Both the position numbers and the translations under genes were made by a program. This document shows positions 1-12,302 of a stretch of DNA of 64,000 nucleotides, one piece after another. Within the stretch, counting starts at the first letter, position 1. Every line of letters starts with the position of its first letter. The stretch comes from Eledone cirrhosa (lineage: Eukaryota). Location: positions 3,968,001-4,032,000 of the forward strand of contig OZ024751.1 in NCBI GenBank assembly GCA_964016885.1, written 5' to 3'. The notes below the pieces were generated by a model. The model did no database searches. It saw only the letters and a list, made by a program, of their open reading frames with translations, and was not told where the DNA came from.

Positions 1-361
1 TAATCAGAGCTTCTGTTCTCCTTGGCATGTCAGGGAAACTATGTCTTGCTCAATATGTTCCATTTTTAGCATGGTTTCTACAGCTGGATAGCCTTTGTAA
101 CATAGAGTGTACAGGATGTGTTTTATCATGGTACCAGTACTAGAAACGTTGTCATGTCCTTGACATGACTGAAAACCCTCTCTACCCTATGTTGTTACTA
201 ACATATGGTAGAGAGGGTGTATTTTATTGTGGCACAATCAAGTTGCTGTCTTCCAAGACAAATGAAACTGAGAATGAAAATTAATTTACCATCTTAAACA
301 TAGTTCTAAATGAGAAACCACATATCTCCTCTTCTGTCCAATCTAACACCTTCAATTCTAT

Positions 362-892
362 GATTACTACTAGTAGTATTAATGCAACCACTACTACCAC
401 CACCACTACTACCATTACTACTACTACTACTACTACTACAACCACTACCACCACCACCCCACCACCACCACCACCACTACTACTACCACCACTACTACTA
501 CTACAGAAACCATAGTTTATTAATTAGTTGATTGTGAAAGTAATTAATAATTAAGAATAAATTAGTGTTTGTTCAGTTCTCAACTCATTGGAAAAGATCA
601 ATATATTTTGAACAGAATATAGTGTAGATGGTGGTGGAGGTGTTAGTGATGGTGTAGATGGTATTGGTGGTGGTGATAGTGGTGATGATGATGGTGTAGA
701 TGTTAGTGGTAGTGTTGTTGGTGGTGATGATGGTGGTAGTGTTGTTGTTGGTGGTGGTGGTGTTGGTAGTGATATTGTTGTTGGTGGTGATGATGGTGGT
801 AGTGTTGTTGGTGGTGGTGTTGGTAGTGATGTTGTTGTTGGTGGTGATGCTGGTGGTGATGGTGGTGATGCTGGTGGTGATGGTGGTGTTAG
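362..892. repeat. Trinucleotide low-complexity tracts (ACT/ACC)n and (GGT/GAT/GTT)n
   Basis: Directly visible; explains the Thr/Val-rich ORFs at 585-963. Confidence 0.9.
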
Positions 893-899
893 TAATTAT

Positions 900-1298
900 A
901 GTCAAAGGGCGGAGGAACTCAAGAGAGTCAACAGCTCCAATAAAGTATATATTTTTTTGTTGAGCGAGAGACTCCTAGTCTTCATTAAGACATCTCTCCA
1001 GGAGAAGGTCATTCTCATATAAAACCTGCAACTTCATTTGCATCCAATGATGTAGACTAGTTCTTCTTTTTGGATAAATGCATTCGATGTTCAGAGAGTG
1101 GGATTGGACCCGTGCAAAGCCTTTCCTCACTTAAAAAAAGCTTCAAGTACAGGTATCGCTTAATATGTTACAATTTTTATGATGTATGGTATTGCTGGCC
1201 ATAGGCAAGTCCCTAGCAGGACTAAAAATACCACGGCCATGATGCTCATGCTTAATTATCAAGCGATAGCATTACTCAAAATTGAGTTGTAGCCATCA
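900..1298 (+). mobile_element. Non-autonomous RTE-derived element, copy 1 (degenerate)
   Basis: Aligns by eye with 19370-19828 (agagagtgggattgg...ctttcctcactt; terminal actcaaaattgagt...agccatcat). Confidence 0.6.
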
Positions 1299-1770
1299 TG
1301 TATATATGTATGTATGAATGTGTGTGTGTGTATGTGTCTGTACATGTTGCACTGTGTGTCTATATGTGTACATGTGTGCATGTATGTGTGCATGTGTGCA
1401 GCTATGTATGTGTATGCAGCTGTGTATGTGTAACTGTGTATGTGTGTATAGCTGTCTATGTGTGTGTAGCTGTCTATGTGTGTGTAGCTGTGTATGCATG
1501 TGTAGCTGTGTATGCAGCTGTACGTTACTCTGTATGTGTATGTATGTATATAGCTCTATATATATATGTAGCTCTGTGTGTGTGTAGCTGCATATTTGTG
1601 TGTAACTTTCTATGTGTGTATGTAACTGTGTATGCTTATGCAGCTCGGTATGTGTGTGTAGCTGTGTATGTAGCTGTGTATGTGTATGTAACTGTGATTG
1701 TGTATGTAGCTGTGTATATGTATGTAGCTGTGTATGTGTGTGTAGCTGTGTATGTGTATGTGTATATACA
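1299..1770. repeat. (TGTGTATGTAGC)-type minisatellite
   Basis: Tandem degenerate 10-20 bp units. Confidence 0.9.
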
Positions 1771-1777
1771 CATATAC

Positions 1778-2082
1778 TGCTCCGTTAACCCACTGGGAGT
1801 GAAGGACCCCCTAGCCTTTGTCAGGGCATTCTTCTAGGAGAAGGGAACTCAGGAAACTGGGATAACTCCAATATAAAACCTGCGACTCAGTAGTTACCGA
1901 TGATGTTGATCTTTTCTTCTTTTCGGGTTATAGCTACTGTCTCTCAGAGAGTGGGATTGGCTCAGTGCACAGTCTTTCCTCACTTCAAAAAATATCTTCA
2001 CGCACAAGCATTGCATGATAGAATTAATTAATAATGGTATATCATGCAATGACCATACTCGATAACGAGGGGGCAACCATCA
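1778..2082 (+). mobile_element. Non-autonomous RTE-derived element, copy 2
   Basis: Shares ctagcctttgtcagggca...agagagtgggattggc and the 3' hairpin ctcgataacgag with 19222-19828. Confidence 0.6.
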
Positions 2083-2528
2083 TGTGTGTGTATGTAGCTG
2101 CATATGTGTGTGTATGTAGCTGCATATGTGTGTGTATGTAGCTGTCTCTGTGTGTGTAGTTGTGTATGTGTATGTAGCTGTGTATGTGAGTATGTAGCTG
2201 TGTATATGTGTGTATGTAGCTGTGTATGTAGCCGTATATGTGTGTATGTAGCTGTGTATGTGTGCATGTAGCCGTGTATGTGTGTATGTAGTTGTGTATG
2301 TGTGGATGTAGCCGTGTATGTGTGTGTAGTTGTGTATGAGTGCATGTAGCCGTGTATGTGTGTGTAGTTGTGTATGTGTATGTAGCTGTGTATGTGTGCA
2401 TGTAGCTGTGTATGTGTGCATGTAGCCGTGTATGTGTGCATGTAGCCGTGTATGTGTGTAGTTGTGTATGTGTATGTAGCTGTGTATGTATGTAGCTGTG
2501 TATGTATATAGCTCTATATGTATATAGC
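2083..2528. repeat. (TGTGTATGTAGC)-type minisatellite
   Basis: Same unit as 1299-1770. Confidence 0.9.
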
Positions 2529-2984
2529 TCAATACAATCTGTCTGTGTCAGCATAGCTCTATCTCTATTTGCACTTATTCCATCTTTCTCCCTCTCCCCT
2601 ATCCCTTTCCCTCCCACGTCCCTCCTTTCTTCACCCCCCCCCCCCCTCTCATCCCCTCTAAACAGTAATTGTAAATTTTGCATTATTATATTTCCTGTCT
2701 GGATTCTCATCTCACTGCCACAACAACAACAATATTGCATCATTCTGAGCTGCTGTAGGGTGTAAGATGCTGTGCGATGTGTGATGTGAGATATGAGCTG
2801 TGAGATGTGTGCTGTGAGATATGAGCTGTGAGATGTGTGCTGTGAGATGAAAGACAGAACACCAAGGTTTTCAGACATCAAGATGGACTTCTGGCAGTTT
2901 CAATCCCTTCTGATGATACTGCTGGTTCACTCGGAGTCACAGCATCTGACACAAGCCAAAGCGCTGTCAGTAATACAAATACAT

Positions 2985-3378
2985 ATGTTGTAAAGTGGTT
3001 GGTTTTAGGAAGGATTCCATCCATAGACAGCTTGCCAGATAAAGGGTTGGGAGGACCCTTCAGCTGTGTCAAAGACACAACCTCTCTAGTGTTATAAATG
3101 CACCTAGTAGATGCTGTAAAGTGGTTGATGTTAGGAAGGGCATCCAGCCATATAAAATTGCCAAAAAAGGGGTTGGGAGGACCCCTTAGTTTGTGTTAAA
3201 AGACATGACAACTTCTCCTCTGCACTTGATAGAACGTATGACTTTACATAAGCAGGATGAAGACCCCTCACACTGTTTGGGAAGTCAGTAGCCCCACTTC
3301 TTGACTTGATCTATGTAGACCCATCCAACCCTTGCTGGCAGGGAAAGCAGACTTTAAACAATGATGATGACGATGATG
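2985..3378 (+). mobile_element. RTE-tail repeat (partially duplicated) ending in (ATG)n
   Basis: ttaggaagggcatccagcc motif shared with RTE 3' UTR at 17995-18020; related reverse copy at 12680-12846. Confidence 0.6.
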
Positions 3379-3433
3379 TATATATATATATATATATAAT
3401 ATAAAATCAAAAGATGGTTAAAAGAGTTCCATG

Positions 3434-3494
3434 TATTTTATTATGCGCATTTCAAAAACAAATATCATCATTTGCGTTCTCATCAGATAAAATA
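3434..3494 (-). ncRNA. Type I hammerhead ribozyme motif (palindromic stem III)
   Basis: tattttat-CTGATGA-stem II-GAAA-TGCGCA-TA-ataaaata; 8-bp stem I. Confidence 0.8.
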
Positions 3495-4499
3495 GGGAGA
3501 CATGATATGAAGCTTAAAAAACACTTGCGAACAGTAAAGTGTTAAATCAACATATGAAAAATAAAATAAGATGGATATATGAGATTGGAAAAAAGGAAAA
3601 GAAGGGGGGAAGGAAAAGGTAAGGAAGAGGAAGAAAGAATATAGATATATAAGAAAAAAATATAATAATAAGGAAAGGATGACGGAGGAAGAGTATAAGA
3701 AGGAAGGATGAGAGAGGAGGAGAAATTGAGTGAGAGAGAGAGATAACGTTTAATACTGAGAAAATTTAGAAAAAACGTAAGATAATACATAATTTAAAAA
3801 ATTAAGAAATTAAAAGTTAATGAGGTTTATGAATGGTGATGCTTATGATTAAAGAAAAAGGAATTAAGAATACTATTTATTTAAGGTTTATATATTGAAG
3901 GGTTTAATAAGATGTGCGAAAAGGAATTTATTAAAATGTATTATTAAAATAAAATATATTAAGAAAATAAGGTGAATGAAGATAAGGTTAAATGAATTAT
4001 GAACTTAGAGGAATTAATTAGGGTCCAAGTTTGTTTCTATATATTGTAATAGGAAAAAGTAAATAATAGATTTAATACGAGCATGGAAGGAGAGAAAAAA
4101 GAAAAAATTCAAGGAAGAAAAAATATATAACGTCAAAAAAATATGTTTACAAAATTTCTCTAATGGTAATATTAGTATATATTAAAAATAAAAATTTGTA
4201 TGGCCGAGAATATAAGGAAAATGCTATAGTGAGTTATAAGATGAATTAAGAAGTAATTGAGAAGTAAAAGTTGCAGATTAAAGATTAGAAATTAAAAAAA
4301 GAAAATTAGGGGACCGCTAACGACATAGTATGAGTAATATTGTATAATATACTGAAATAAGGTAGAAAGATGGGTATATTTGTAAAAAATATAAAAGCGT
4401 TTGAGAAAAAAAGATTTTAAACTAATTAGGTAGTAAGATATTAGCTGTGTACTTTATGGAAAGTTCTATGGGATTTATGCAAGCAGAGCGAAAATAAAT

Positions 4500-5628
4500 C
4501 CGTACGTAGAATTAAAATTAGAGATAATGGTAAATTTCTCCGCTAGGCAGAGATTACATGTTCTGGATAGGGAAGAATTAAGGTAAGGAGAGGCGTTGCA
4601 AACCTTTCTCCAAGAAATGTTGTAGTTAATATTTTTGTCCTTTAAGGACCATATGGGTTCTGAGAGTGTTGTGTTAGTTCTTTTAAGTTATATTTAAAAG
4701 AAGAATTGTGATTATAAAATCTTGCTTTAAAAGAAGTGGAAGTGGAACCAAAATAGATAAAAGAATTAGTACCAGTTATAACCTTACATTCATACACTAA
4801 ATTTTTATCAAGACATTGGTTACTAAGAGGACATTTAGTTCTAATAGGGCAATTGCAATTATGATTAGAGAAATTACCAGAGTTATTAGCAAGTGACCCA
4901 GTATTATTTATAGAAGGAATTGAATTGGAGAAGTTACTTACGATAGGTGCTAAAGTTTCCTGATTTAGATTGGTATTATGAACATTCGACAAAGTTACAT
5001 TTGACGTATTTAAATTTACGGAATCTAGCCTAGAGTTAACATTGACGACGGGCTTACTATTGTTATTATTATGACGCTCAGTGTTGGATGGATATGATTT
5101 ATTACTTAATATTTTAGTATTATGTTTTGAGATAATGTTAGAGATGTTGGAAGTGGTGGAATAAGAGAATTTAATTGTAAGCTTATTAAAGATCTTACTA
5201 TAAATATGTGAAGGAGGGAAGCATTTATCTAAGGTCCTAAAAAATAGTTTAGGAATATTACTAATAATAGATAGAGAAAAAGGAGCATCGTACCAAATCA
5301 TATTTGTATATCTAGGTCTTTTCTTTATGCTATTGGAATGCTTATAACTAACTATATTACTATAAGTTCCTCCATGATTGGTTTCTTTACTGTATTTAAT
5401 TTTGCCAGGATAACCGGCGCTGGAAAGTGCATTGTTGTAATAATTGGCTTTAGCGTCAAAGATAAGTTTATCAGAAGATAGATTTGAGATTCTTTTTTCA
5501 ACATTACTGACTATAGCATTTTTAACGTTAATAGGGTGGTTAGATTTAAAATTAACATAATTTAGATTCTCATTGTCTTTATGGTAAGGGTAATATAGGC
5601 CGGTGTCAAGATTAAGGGATATATAAGA
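4500..5628 (-). pseudogene. Penelope RT C-terminus plus GIY-YIG endonuclease, frameshifted near 4670
   Basis: YYPYHK..YVNFKSNHP..VEKRISNLSS motif; GIY-YIG-like VY..YFG; CNLC motif in shifted frame. Confidence 0.85.
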
Positions 5629-5630
5629 AA

Positions 5631-5688
<58 letters not shown>

Positions 5689-6603
5689 CATCATATATAT
5701 CATCATCATTATCAAAGCGGACGTAAAATGATGGTGATGATGATGATGATGATGATGATATCATGTATATATACACATAATGTTGGTGTAATGATAAAAC
5801 TCACCCAATACTCTAAAAAGTCAGTTGCTTCAGTTAAGTATTGACTTGGTCTATGTAGACCTGTCCAACCCATTTAAGCAGGGAAAACTGAGATGAAATG
5901 ATAAAGCTGATGATGATGGTAATGATATATCAAACCTATTTTTTTTTCACTTTTTACTTTGACCACACTAAAAAAATTACTTAGACTGCATTTTTCCTTA
6001 CATAGTTCATACTCACCCATGCCAAGTCATGTATGTACCATACAACCATCTCTGCCACTGCTAATAATTTATTTATTGATTACAGGAAATTATATATTTA
6101 ATTCAATCAACCAGGATTGTATATTGAATCATATATAAAATGTTCATGTATAATAAACATCCTTGTAGCCTCACCAGGAATTTCAAATGATGTGATCCTA
6201 TCACTACTATTCTTAGCAACAAAGGGAGAACACACTGACAGTACAGCTTCTGGTTCTTTAACCTTCATCACAGAGGTTTACTTCTATGGTAACTATGACA
6301 AAATAAGCTAAAAGCTTATAGTTTTTGAACATCGGCTGATGAAACTGATCCTCTAAGGCTCAGTAATGCATTGCTCTCATGACTAAGCCCTAGGCAGCTG
6401 CCTAGTTGGTCTTAATAGAACCATCTGCTCTGGTTCTGTGGCAAAATAGGTTTGAGAACGACTGCTTTATAGATTTTCCAATGTTTCTTCCAAACATATG
6501 ATCAAAATAGATTAATATAATATTTTGTTTGCAGTCTGTTAACAATAAAATCTATTTATGGATTATTAACATTATTATCATTATTAATATTATTATTATT
6601 ATT

Positions 6604-7389
6604 GTTCTTTGAGTCTCAGTCATTGATATTATTTAACTGGAAAGTTTGTTGAAATGAATATCAAGCCACTACCTGCAGCCTCAGACATTCAGGACGTATC
6701 GGAGGGTTCTTTCTGTTCCCAGCAAGCATGCCTTTTGAAGTGTTAAAAAAAACAGGGCTTCTTCTTTAACCATCCTTGGAAACTCTTTGAGATAGTACCT
6801 AGTGCACCTATGACAATCAGGACGACCTTGATCTCATGGCAGTTCCAAATCCTTTTTAACTCCCACTTTAAATCCTGGTATCGGTTAATTATCTCCCTCT
6901 CCTTCTCTTGCACTCTCGTGTCAAATGGGCAGACTACATCTACAATCAGGCACAATCTTTTTTCCTTGTCCAAAACCACCAGGTCAGGCCTGTTGCGTTC
7001 TAATTTCTTGTCCGTCTGTATCCTAAAATCCCATACCACCTTCACCTGATCGTTTTCTATCACCGACTCTGGCTTATGCTAATATGGTAAATTATTTACT
7101 TTGCATAGATGCCAGTGGATCACCCTGCCTATCACATCATGTCTCCAGCCTTTATAGTGTGTCTGGGCTAGGTGTTTACACTCGGATACGATGTGAGCCA
7201 CAGTCACCTCTCTCTCTCTCCACAGATCCTACACAGTGAGCTAGACTCCTCCTTGTCAATATGGTGTTTCACCCACTTCGTTCTGAGGGCCTGCTCTTGC
7301 GCAGCTATTAGCATTCCTTCTGTAGCCTTTTTAAGGTCTCCTCTTTTTAACCAGTTCCATGTCTGTGGATCTCTGAATTCCGTTTTCTT
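6604..7389 (-). mobile_element. R4/Dong-like RLE LINE family A, 5'-truncated
   Basis: Reverse-complement match to 35760-36552; RPDLVVLDK..VDVVCPFD RLE motif; flanked by (ATT)n. Confidence 0.9.
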
Positions 7390-7414
7390 AAAATTATTAT
7401 CATTATTATTATAT

Positions 7415-7631
7415 GGCGGTGGATTGGCAGTATCGGTAGAGGGTCGGACACCATGCTTTGCAGCATAGAATTACGGCTCTTTATGATCTGAGTTCAAATC
7501 CTGCCGAGGTTAACTTTGCCTTTCATCCTTACGGGGTCGATAAAATAAAGTACCAGTCATGCACTGGGGTCTATTTAATCGACTTTCCCCTCCCCCAAAA
7601 TTGCTGGTCTTGTGCCTATATAAGAACAAAT
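7415..7631 (+). mobile_element. tRNA-derived SINE with Tx1-like tail (family S1)
   Basis: A-box-like tggcagtatcgg, B-box gagttcaaatcc, central cctttcatccttacggggtcgataaaataaagtacca (resembles the Meta domain). Confidence 0.85.
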
Positions 7632-7716
7632 CCCGCCATCATAATGTTTTTCTTGATGCAAACCCTTTCTGGTTAATTAAAAAAATCATTATTATCATTT
7701 TTATTTTTGAACAATA

Positions 7717-8122
7717 GTTGAAGATTGGCAGAATCAATAGAGCATTGCACATCATGCTTTGTGGCATATTGTTACAGCCCTTTACGTTCTGAATTCAAAT
7801 CCCACCAAGGTTCGCTTCTCCTTTCATCCTTATGGGGTCGATAATATAAAGAACTAGTCACACACTAGGGTCAATTTAATTGACTTTCCACTCCCCAAAA
7901 TTGCTGGCCTTGTGCCTAAATAAGAAACCATTATTATTACTATTGAACAAGGTATTATTGCGGTATTTAGATACAGCTCATTGCATTTTGAGTTCAAATC
8001 CCACTTTGTTTAGCTTTTCAAATAAATACCAGTAAATAAAATCAAGCGCCAGTAATGTACTGGGGTCAATTTTCCCATTCCCTTCAAATTGCTGGCCTTG
8101 TGCTAAAAGTAGAAACGATTAT
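7717..8122 (+). mobile_element. Two further tandem S1 SINE copies (about 7717-7930 and 7950-8122)
   Basis: Same B-box, core and tail ttgctggccttgtgc..agaaac-(ATT)n. Confidence 0.8.
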
Positions 8123-8123
8123 T

Positions 8124-8270
8124 GCCACCACATGTAGGACTGATCCACCTTTCAGCCAGTGGACAGCTGCTGTCACATGTAGGACAGATCCAACTATCAC
8201 ATATAGGACAGATCCAGCTACCACATGTAGAACTGATCCAGCTACCACATGTAGAACAGATCCAGCTATC
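8124..8270. repeat. 24-bp minisatellite (gctaccacatgtagaacagatcca)
   Basis: About 5 degenerate units. Confidence 0.85.
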
Positions 8271-9156
8271 ACCTTCTTTTGTCTGGTAGCTATGGTAATG
8301 GAAGCTGTATGGTGGACATGTCTAAAAGGATTGAGGACACAAATCTTCCCCTCTGGCCAAGCCCTCACCTTCCTCTTCATATTCCACTTGAAGAGGAAGG
8401 TGAGAGTAGAAAGGGAGGTGTTACTTTCTAGTGGGTTTTATGAAAGATGGGTGAGATTGATGTAACAGAAAGAATTTAATCTGAATATGCTTTCCTAAGT
8501 AGGAGGAAGGAAACTAGGAAGGGGCACTTTCTCTGGCTGTGAGATAACAGAGTGACCCAGGGTTTTGTGTGGGGTTCTCCCTAGAATTACTTTATAACTG
8601 ATGAGGCTGAATGGGCCTACTCTGACTATGTTTTTCTAAGTAGGAGGAAGGAAACTAGGAAAGGGCACTTTTAATGCAGGTGAAGTAACAGAGTAATCTG
8701 GGGCTTTGTGTGGGGTTTCTGCCTGTGGTTACTCGAAAGTGCAGTCCCCCACTCTCCACTATTAGTTACAGGTCCTTGTTCACATTCATTATTGCTAATG
8801 TTTTTCATTATATATATTTAATACAAATTTCATTAGGGTGGTAGATTGGCAGAATTGGAAGAGTCTTGGAGAAAATGCTTTGCGGTATTTATTCTGGTTT
8901 TTTACATCCTGAGTTGAAATCCTGCCAAGGTTTACTTTGCCTTTCATCCTTTCAGGATCGATAAAATAGAGTACCAGTCACGTAATGACCCCCCTCCCCT
9001 CCCCACCACCAGAAACAGTTATAAATTTCATTATTATTATCCCTATTTTCTCTTCAGTGATGTCCACTTTCCTTCCCTCGATGTAAACCCCTGTTGTATT
9101 CTTTTGTCCTTGTACTGTCCCTAATGTCTTGAAGCCTTGTGGCCAATAAAAGAAAT
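8271..9156 (+). mobile_element. Older Tx1-clade LINE 3' end with duplicated 3' UTR, interrupted by an S1 SINE at 8836-9022
   Basis: FFCLVAMVMEAVWWTCLKGL..FHLKRKVRVEREVL matches the ORF2 C-terminus near 27229; ends ccttgtggccaataaaagaa-(ATT)n. Confidence 0.8.
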
Positions 9157-9182
9157 TATTATTATTATTATTGTTATCATTA

Positions 9183-9352
9183 CGGCATATAGTTATGTCC
9201 CTTTACATTCTGAGTTTAATTCCCGTCAAGGTTAGCTTTGCCTTTCATCCTTACAGGATCGATAAAATAAAACACCAGTAATGCACTGGTTCGATTTAAT
9301 TGACTTTCCCCTCCCCTTCAAATTGCTGGCCTTGTGCCTAAAATAGAAACAA
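9183..9352 (+). mobile_element. S1 SINE, 5'-truncated
   Basis: Core and tail as in 7415-7631. Confidence 0.8.
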
Positions 9353-9371
9353 TTATTATTATTATAATTTG

Positions 9372-9740
9372 TAACGCTTTTGCTCTGGCTGATATACCGA
9401 CAGAGCCACAGATCTTTTGGGTCGTTCCTTCTCCTTCAACTTTCTAACACCCTGCTTAGAAGCCTTACTGTTCCTAGCCAGGCTGTTTTCCTCATCAATC
9501 CCTGGTGTCAATTCCTAGCTTCTGAAGCCATGCAACCAGACTTTTACTAATTGCTACCACGCTAACCACAATCGGTACCACTTCTATGTGTCTGATTCTC
9601 CATAGTTTCCTGATTTCAGCTCCTGGTATTACCCACCTTTCTCACTTTCCTTCTCATTCACCCTGCGGTCCCACGGGAAAGCAATATCTACAATAATTGC
9701 CTTGTTATTCTTCTTTTCTACGACAACAATGTCAGGTTCT
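9372..9740 (-). mobile_element. R4/Dong-like RLE LINE 3' fragment (a further family)
   Basis: Minus-strand translation PDIVVVEKKNNKAIIVDIAFPWD and LMRKTAWLGTVRLLSRVL; 3' end abuts the (ATT)n at 9352-9367. Confidence 0.75.
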
Positions 9741-9874
9741 GCAGCAAGGAGTTACACCCCTTTACAGTCTGAGTTCAAATCCCGCTAAGGTTAACTTTGC
9801 TTTTCATCCTTACAGGGTCGATAAAATAAAGTACCAGTAATGCACTGGGATAATTGCTGGCTTTGTGCCAAAAG
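9741..9874 (+). mobile_element. S1 SINE fragment fused to a Tx1 fragment
   Basis: gagttcaaatcccgc...gtcgataaaataaagtacc. Confidence 0.8.
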
Positions 9875-10936
9875 GACGGCAATCAGGCGTGGTCGCCGTT
9901 TGCTAGACACATCTTTCCCCAGCTCATCTCCTTGACGGAGCTGCAGTCCTGGGTCAAGCAAAGACCGAGAGGGAGCGCTTGGAGACTGGAATGTCTTCAG
10001 GCGCTCACAACCCTCGACCAATCGGGCAATGTGATCGGTGGAAACTCCACCTTGGCGTTCTATAGAGGATTAGTGGAGGGCAAGAGTGACGACATACTTG
10101 GGGAAACTCTAGGCGTCGACGAAAATCAACTAGCCAATCTCTTTGGAAGAACTTTCGGGCCAGGGCCTATGGACAACTTCCAGAAATCCCTGGCCTGGCA
10201 GTGCTACCGACGAGCTTTGCCAGTTCGGGATAAACTCTATAGGCATGGAGGTGCCGTCAGTCGGACATGTCCGAGATGCGCGCAGGGCGACGAAATCGTC
10301 CTGCATGCACTTGTCCAGTGTCCAAGCATTGCTTACTTGTCGGTTTATGTCGAACACATACTGTCGCGTTTAGGACGGATCCGGCTATCAGCTGAGTCCA
10401 TCGTGACGATTGCCCCGCCCTCTTCCTTTAGCCGGGAAGGGCAGGCAATTTTTATCTGTCTGGTGGCCATGGTGAAAGAGATAGTATGGTGTACGCGTCT
10501 GAAAGGGCTGAAGACGATCACTTACCTCTTCAGTGATGCCCTGATTAACTTTTTCCAATTTCATTTGAAAAGGAAAATCAGGGTAGAGAGGGAGGTGCTC
10601 TCTTCCCAGCTTTTTGTTGAAAGATGGGTGAGAGAGGCAAGAATGGCCCGAGTGAATGGACCTACTCTGAGTATATGCCTGTAAATTGAAGGTGGAAAAC
10701 TGGGAGAAGACATTTGCCCTGGTGGTCAGGGTCACCGTGGCTTTTTTTAATGGGCTTTCTCCACGATGGCCCTCGGAAGTCTCCCCCCTATTGGGGAATT
10801 TTTCATTGTTCTTTTATTACACCCTCTGTTTTTTGTTTTTTTTACACGCAGAAATGCCCATTTGTACCGTCCTGTATTGTCTTGTACTATCCTTAATGTC
10901 TACTTTGTGTAAACCCTTGTGGTTAATAAAGAAAGC
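9875..10936 (+). mobile_element. Tx1-clade LINE, 5'-truncated (zf-RVT plus 3' UTR)
   Basis: ORF 9854-10684 is nearly identical to the ORF2 C-terminus of 27229-30453; ends aataaagaaagc-attatt. Confidence 0.95.
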
Positions 10937-11410
10937 ATTATTATTTTTATCACTAGTTTTATTATTATTATTTCTTTGTCATCCACTCAAAAATCTATGT
11001 TAAATTCCATTCATTTTTTTGTGTGTGTATCTACAAATAGATCTGCCATGTTAAATAGTTTCTATAAAAGTCTTTTATTTAATATGTTCTTTGTACTATT
11101 CCACAGTTTCAGTTAGATTCTATTCAGAATGGTAATTTTACTGTTTTTCTTTCCCAAGGTCAGAGGTGTAACCCTTTCCTTACCATATTTCTAATAACAG
11201 ACACTGCGATAATTTTCAAAGCATTTTTGAAAATATTCAAAAATTTGGAGGGATTTAGTAATACAATTAACTTTCTTATTATTTAGTTGGTGTTTGGGGC
11301 ATAACTTAATAAAGGTTCTTACATAAAATTATAATGGAGGAGTTTTAGATAAATATAAACAGGCACTCTCAATAATTTTGAAAAACATTTTGAAAAGAGT
11401 CAATAATTTA

Positions 11411-12302
11411 CTTTTGTAAATTTACGTGAACAGGATTGACATACACAGCTGAGTTGGAAGTGGTATCATGACTGACAGGTGTAAAATCAGTTGACTTGGA
11501 TTTGCAGACGACATGGTGTTACTTAACTCAACAGAAGATGATCTTCGACTTGCACTTGATAGGTTTGATGCTGAGTATTGCATGGCAAGAATGAAAATCA
11601 GTGCAGCGAAAACTGAGACATTCGTCCTCTCAAGGAAACCAACACAGTGCACTATACATGTGAATGGAGTTCCACTGAAGAAAGTAGAGAAGTTCAAGTA
11701 TATCGGGCCCATGTTCTCAAGTGATGGAAGGCAGGAGGCTGAATTAAGTACAAAAAATGCAAAAGTTGGTGCAGTAATGCGCCAGCTTCAGCATTCAGTA
11801 ATCAGAAAAAGGGCGGTAGGCGTAAAAGCTAAACTCGCTAACTTCAATTCAATTTTTGTGCCAACCCTTACCTATGGTCATGAATCTTGGGAAATGACTG
11901 AAAGAATATGATCGCGAATACATGCGGCCAAAATGGGATTCCTCCAATAGGTTTTTGGAGTAACGTTACTTAATAAAGTGCGTAGCTTGGAGATCAGAGA
12001 ATCACTCCGGGTAGAGCCGCTACTTCTCCGAATTGAGAGATCACAACTCCGATATTATGGGGATGTGGTTAGAATGTCTCAGTAAAGAATCACTGGACAG
12101 ATTTTACAGGCAAAACCAACAGGCAGGAGACCCAGGGGTAGGCATCGAGCAAGATGGTTGGATAATATCCATGAGCTTGGCTGGTCATACTTGGGATCCA
12201 GCTGGATCAGTTGGAGACGGCTGCTTCTGACAGGACCCGCTGGAAAGAGTGTTTGAGGACTCTGCCCCCATAGCCCTCTCAGGAATAAGTGGGCGAAGAA
12301 GA
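11411..12302 (+). mobile_element. RTE-clade LINE fragment with candidate 11-bp TSD TCAATAATTTA
   Basis: FADDMVLL, KVEKFKYIG, PTLTYGHESW, RPRGR motifs; TSD at 11400-11410 and 12303-12313. Confidence 0.85.

Larger units (their letters stand above)
3403..5628 (-). mobile_element. Penelope-like element, 5'-truncated (RT thumb, GIY-YIG, long 3' region, pLTR with hammerhead)
   Basis: ORF 4642-5715 gives CNC..CPLSNQCLDKNLVYECKV..YFGSTSTSFKARFYNH (PLE GIY-YIG); flanked by (TA)n; hammerhead at the 3' end. Confidence 0.9.

Noticed and set aside
585-2881. Thr-, Val-, Cys- and His-rich ORFs (also 18110-19394, 26138-26773, 42604-43272, 46099-46622, 48987-49514)
   Set aside because: Translations of microsatellites and minisatellites with no domain signal
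6073-6311. Possible plus-strand exon after ttacag, ORF 6117-6311
   Set aside because: No recognisable protein similarity or convincing donor site
7415-7510. tRNA gene
   Set aside because: A/B boxes belong to multi-copy SINE heads that continue into a SINE core and tail; no cloverleaf
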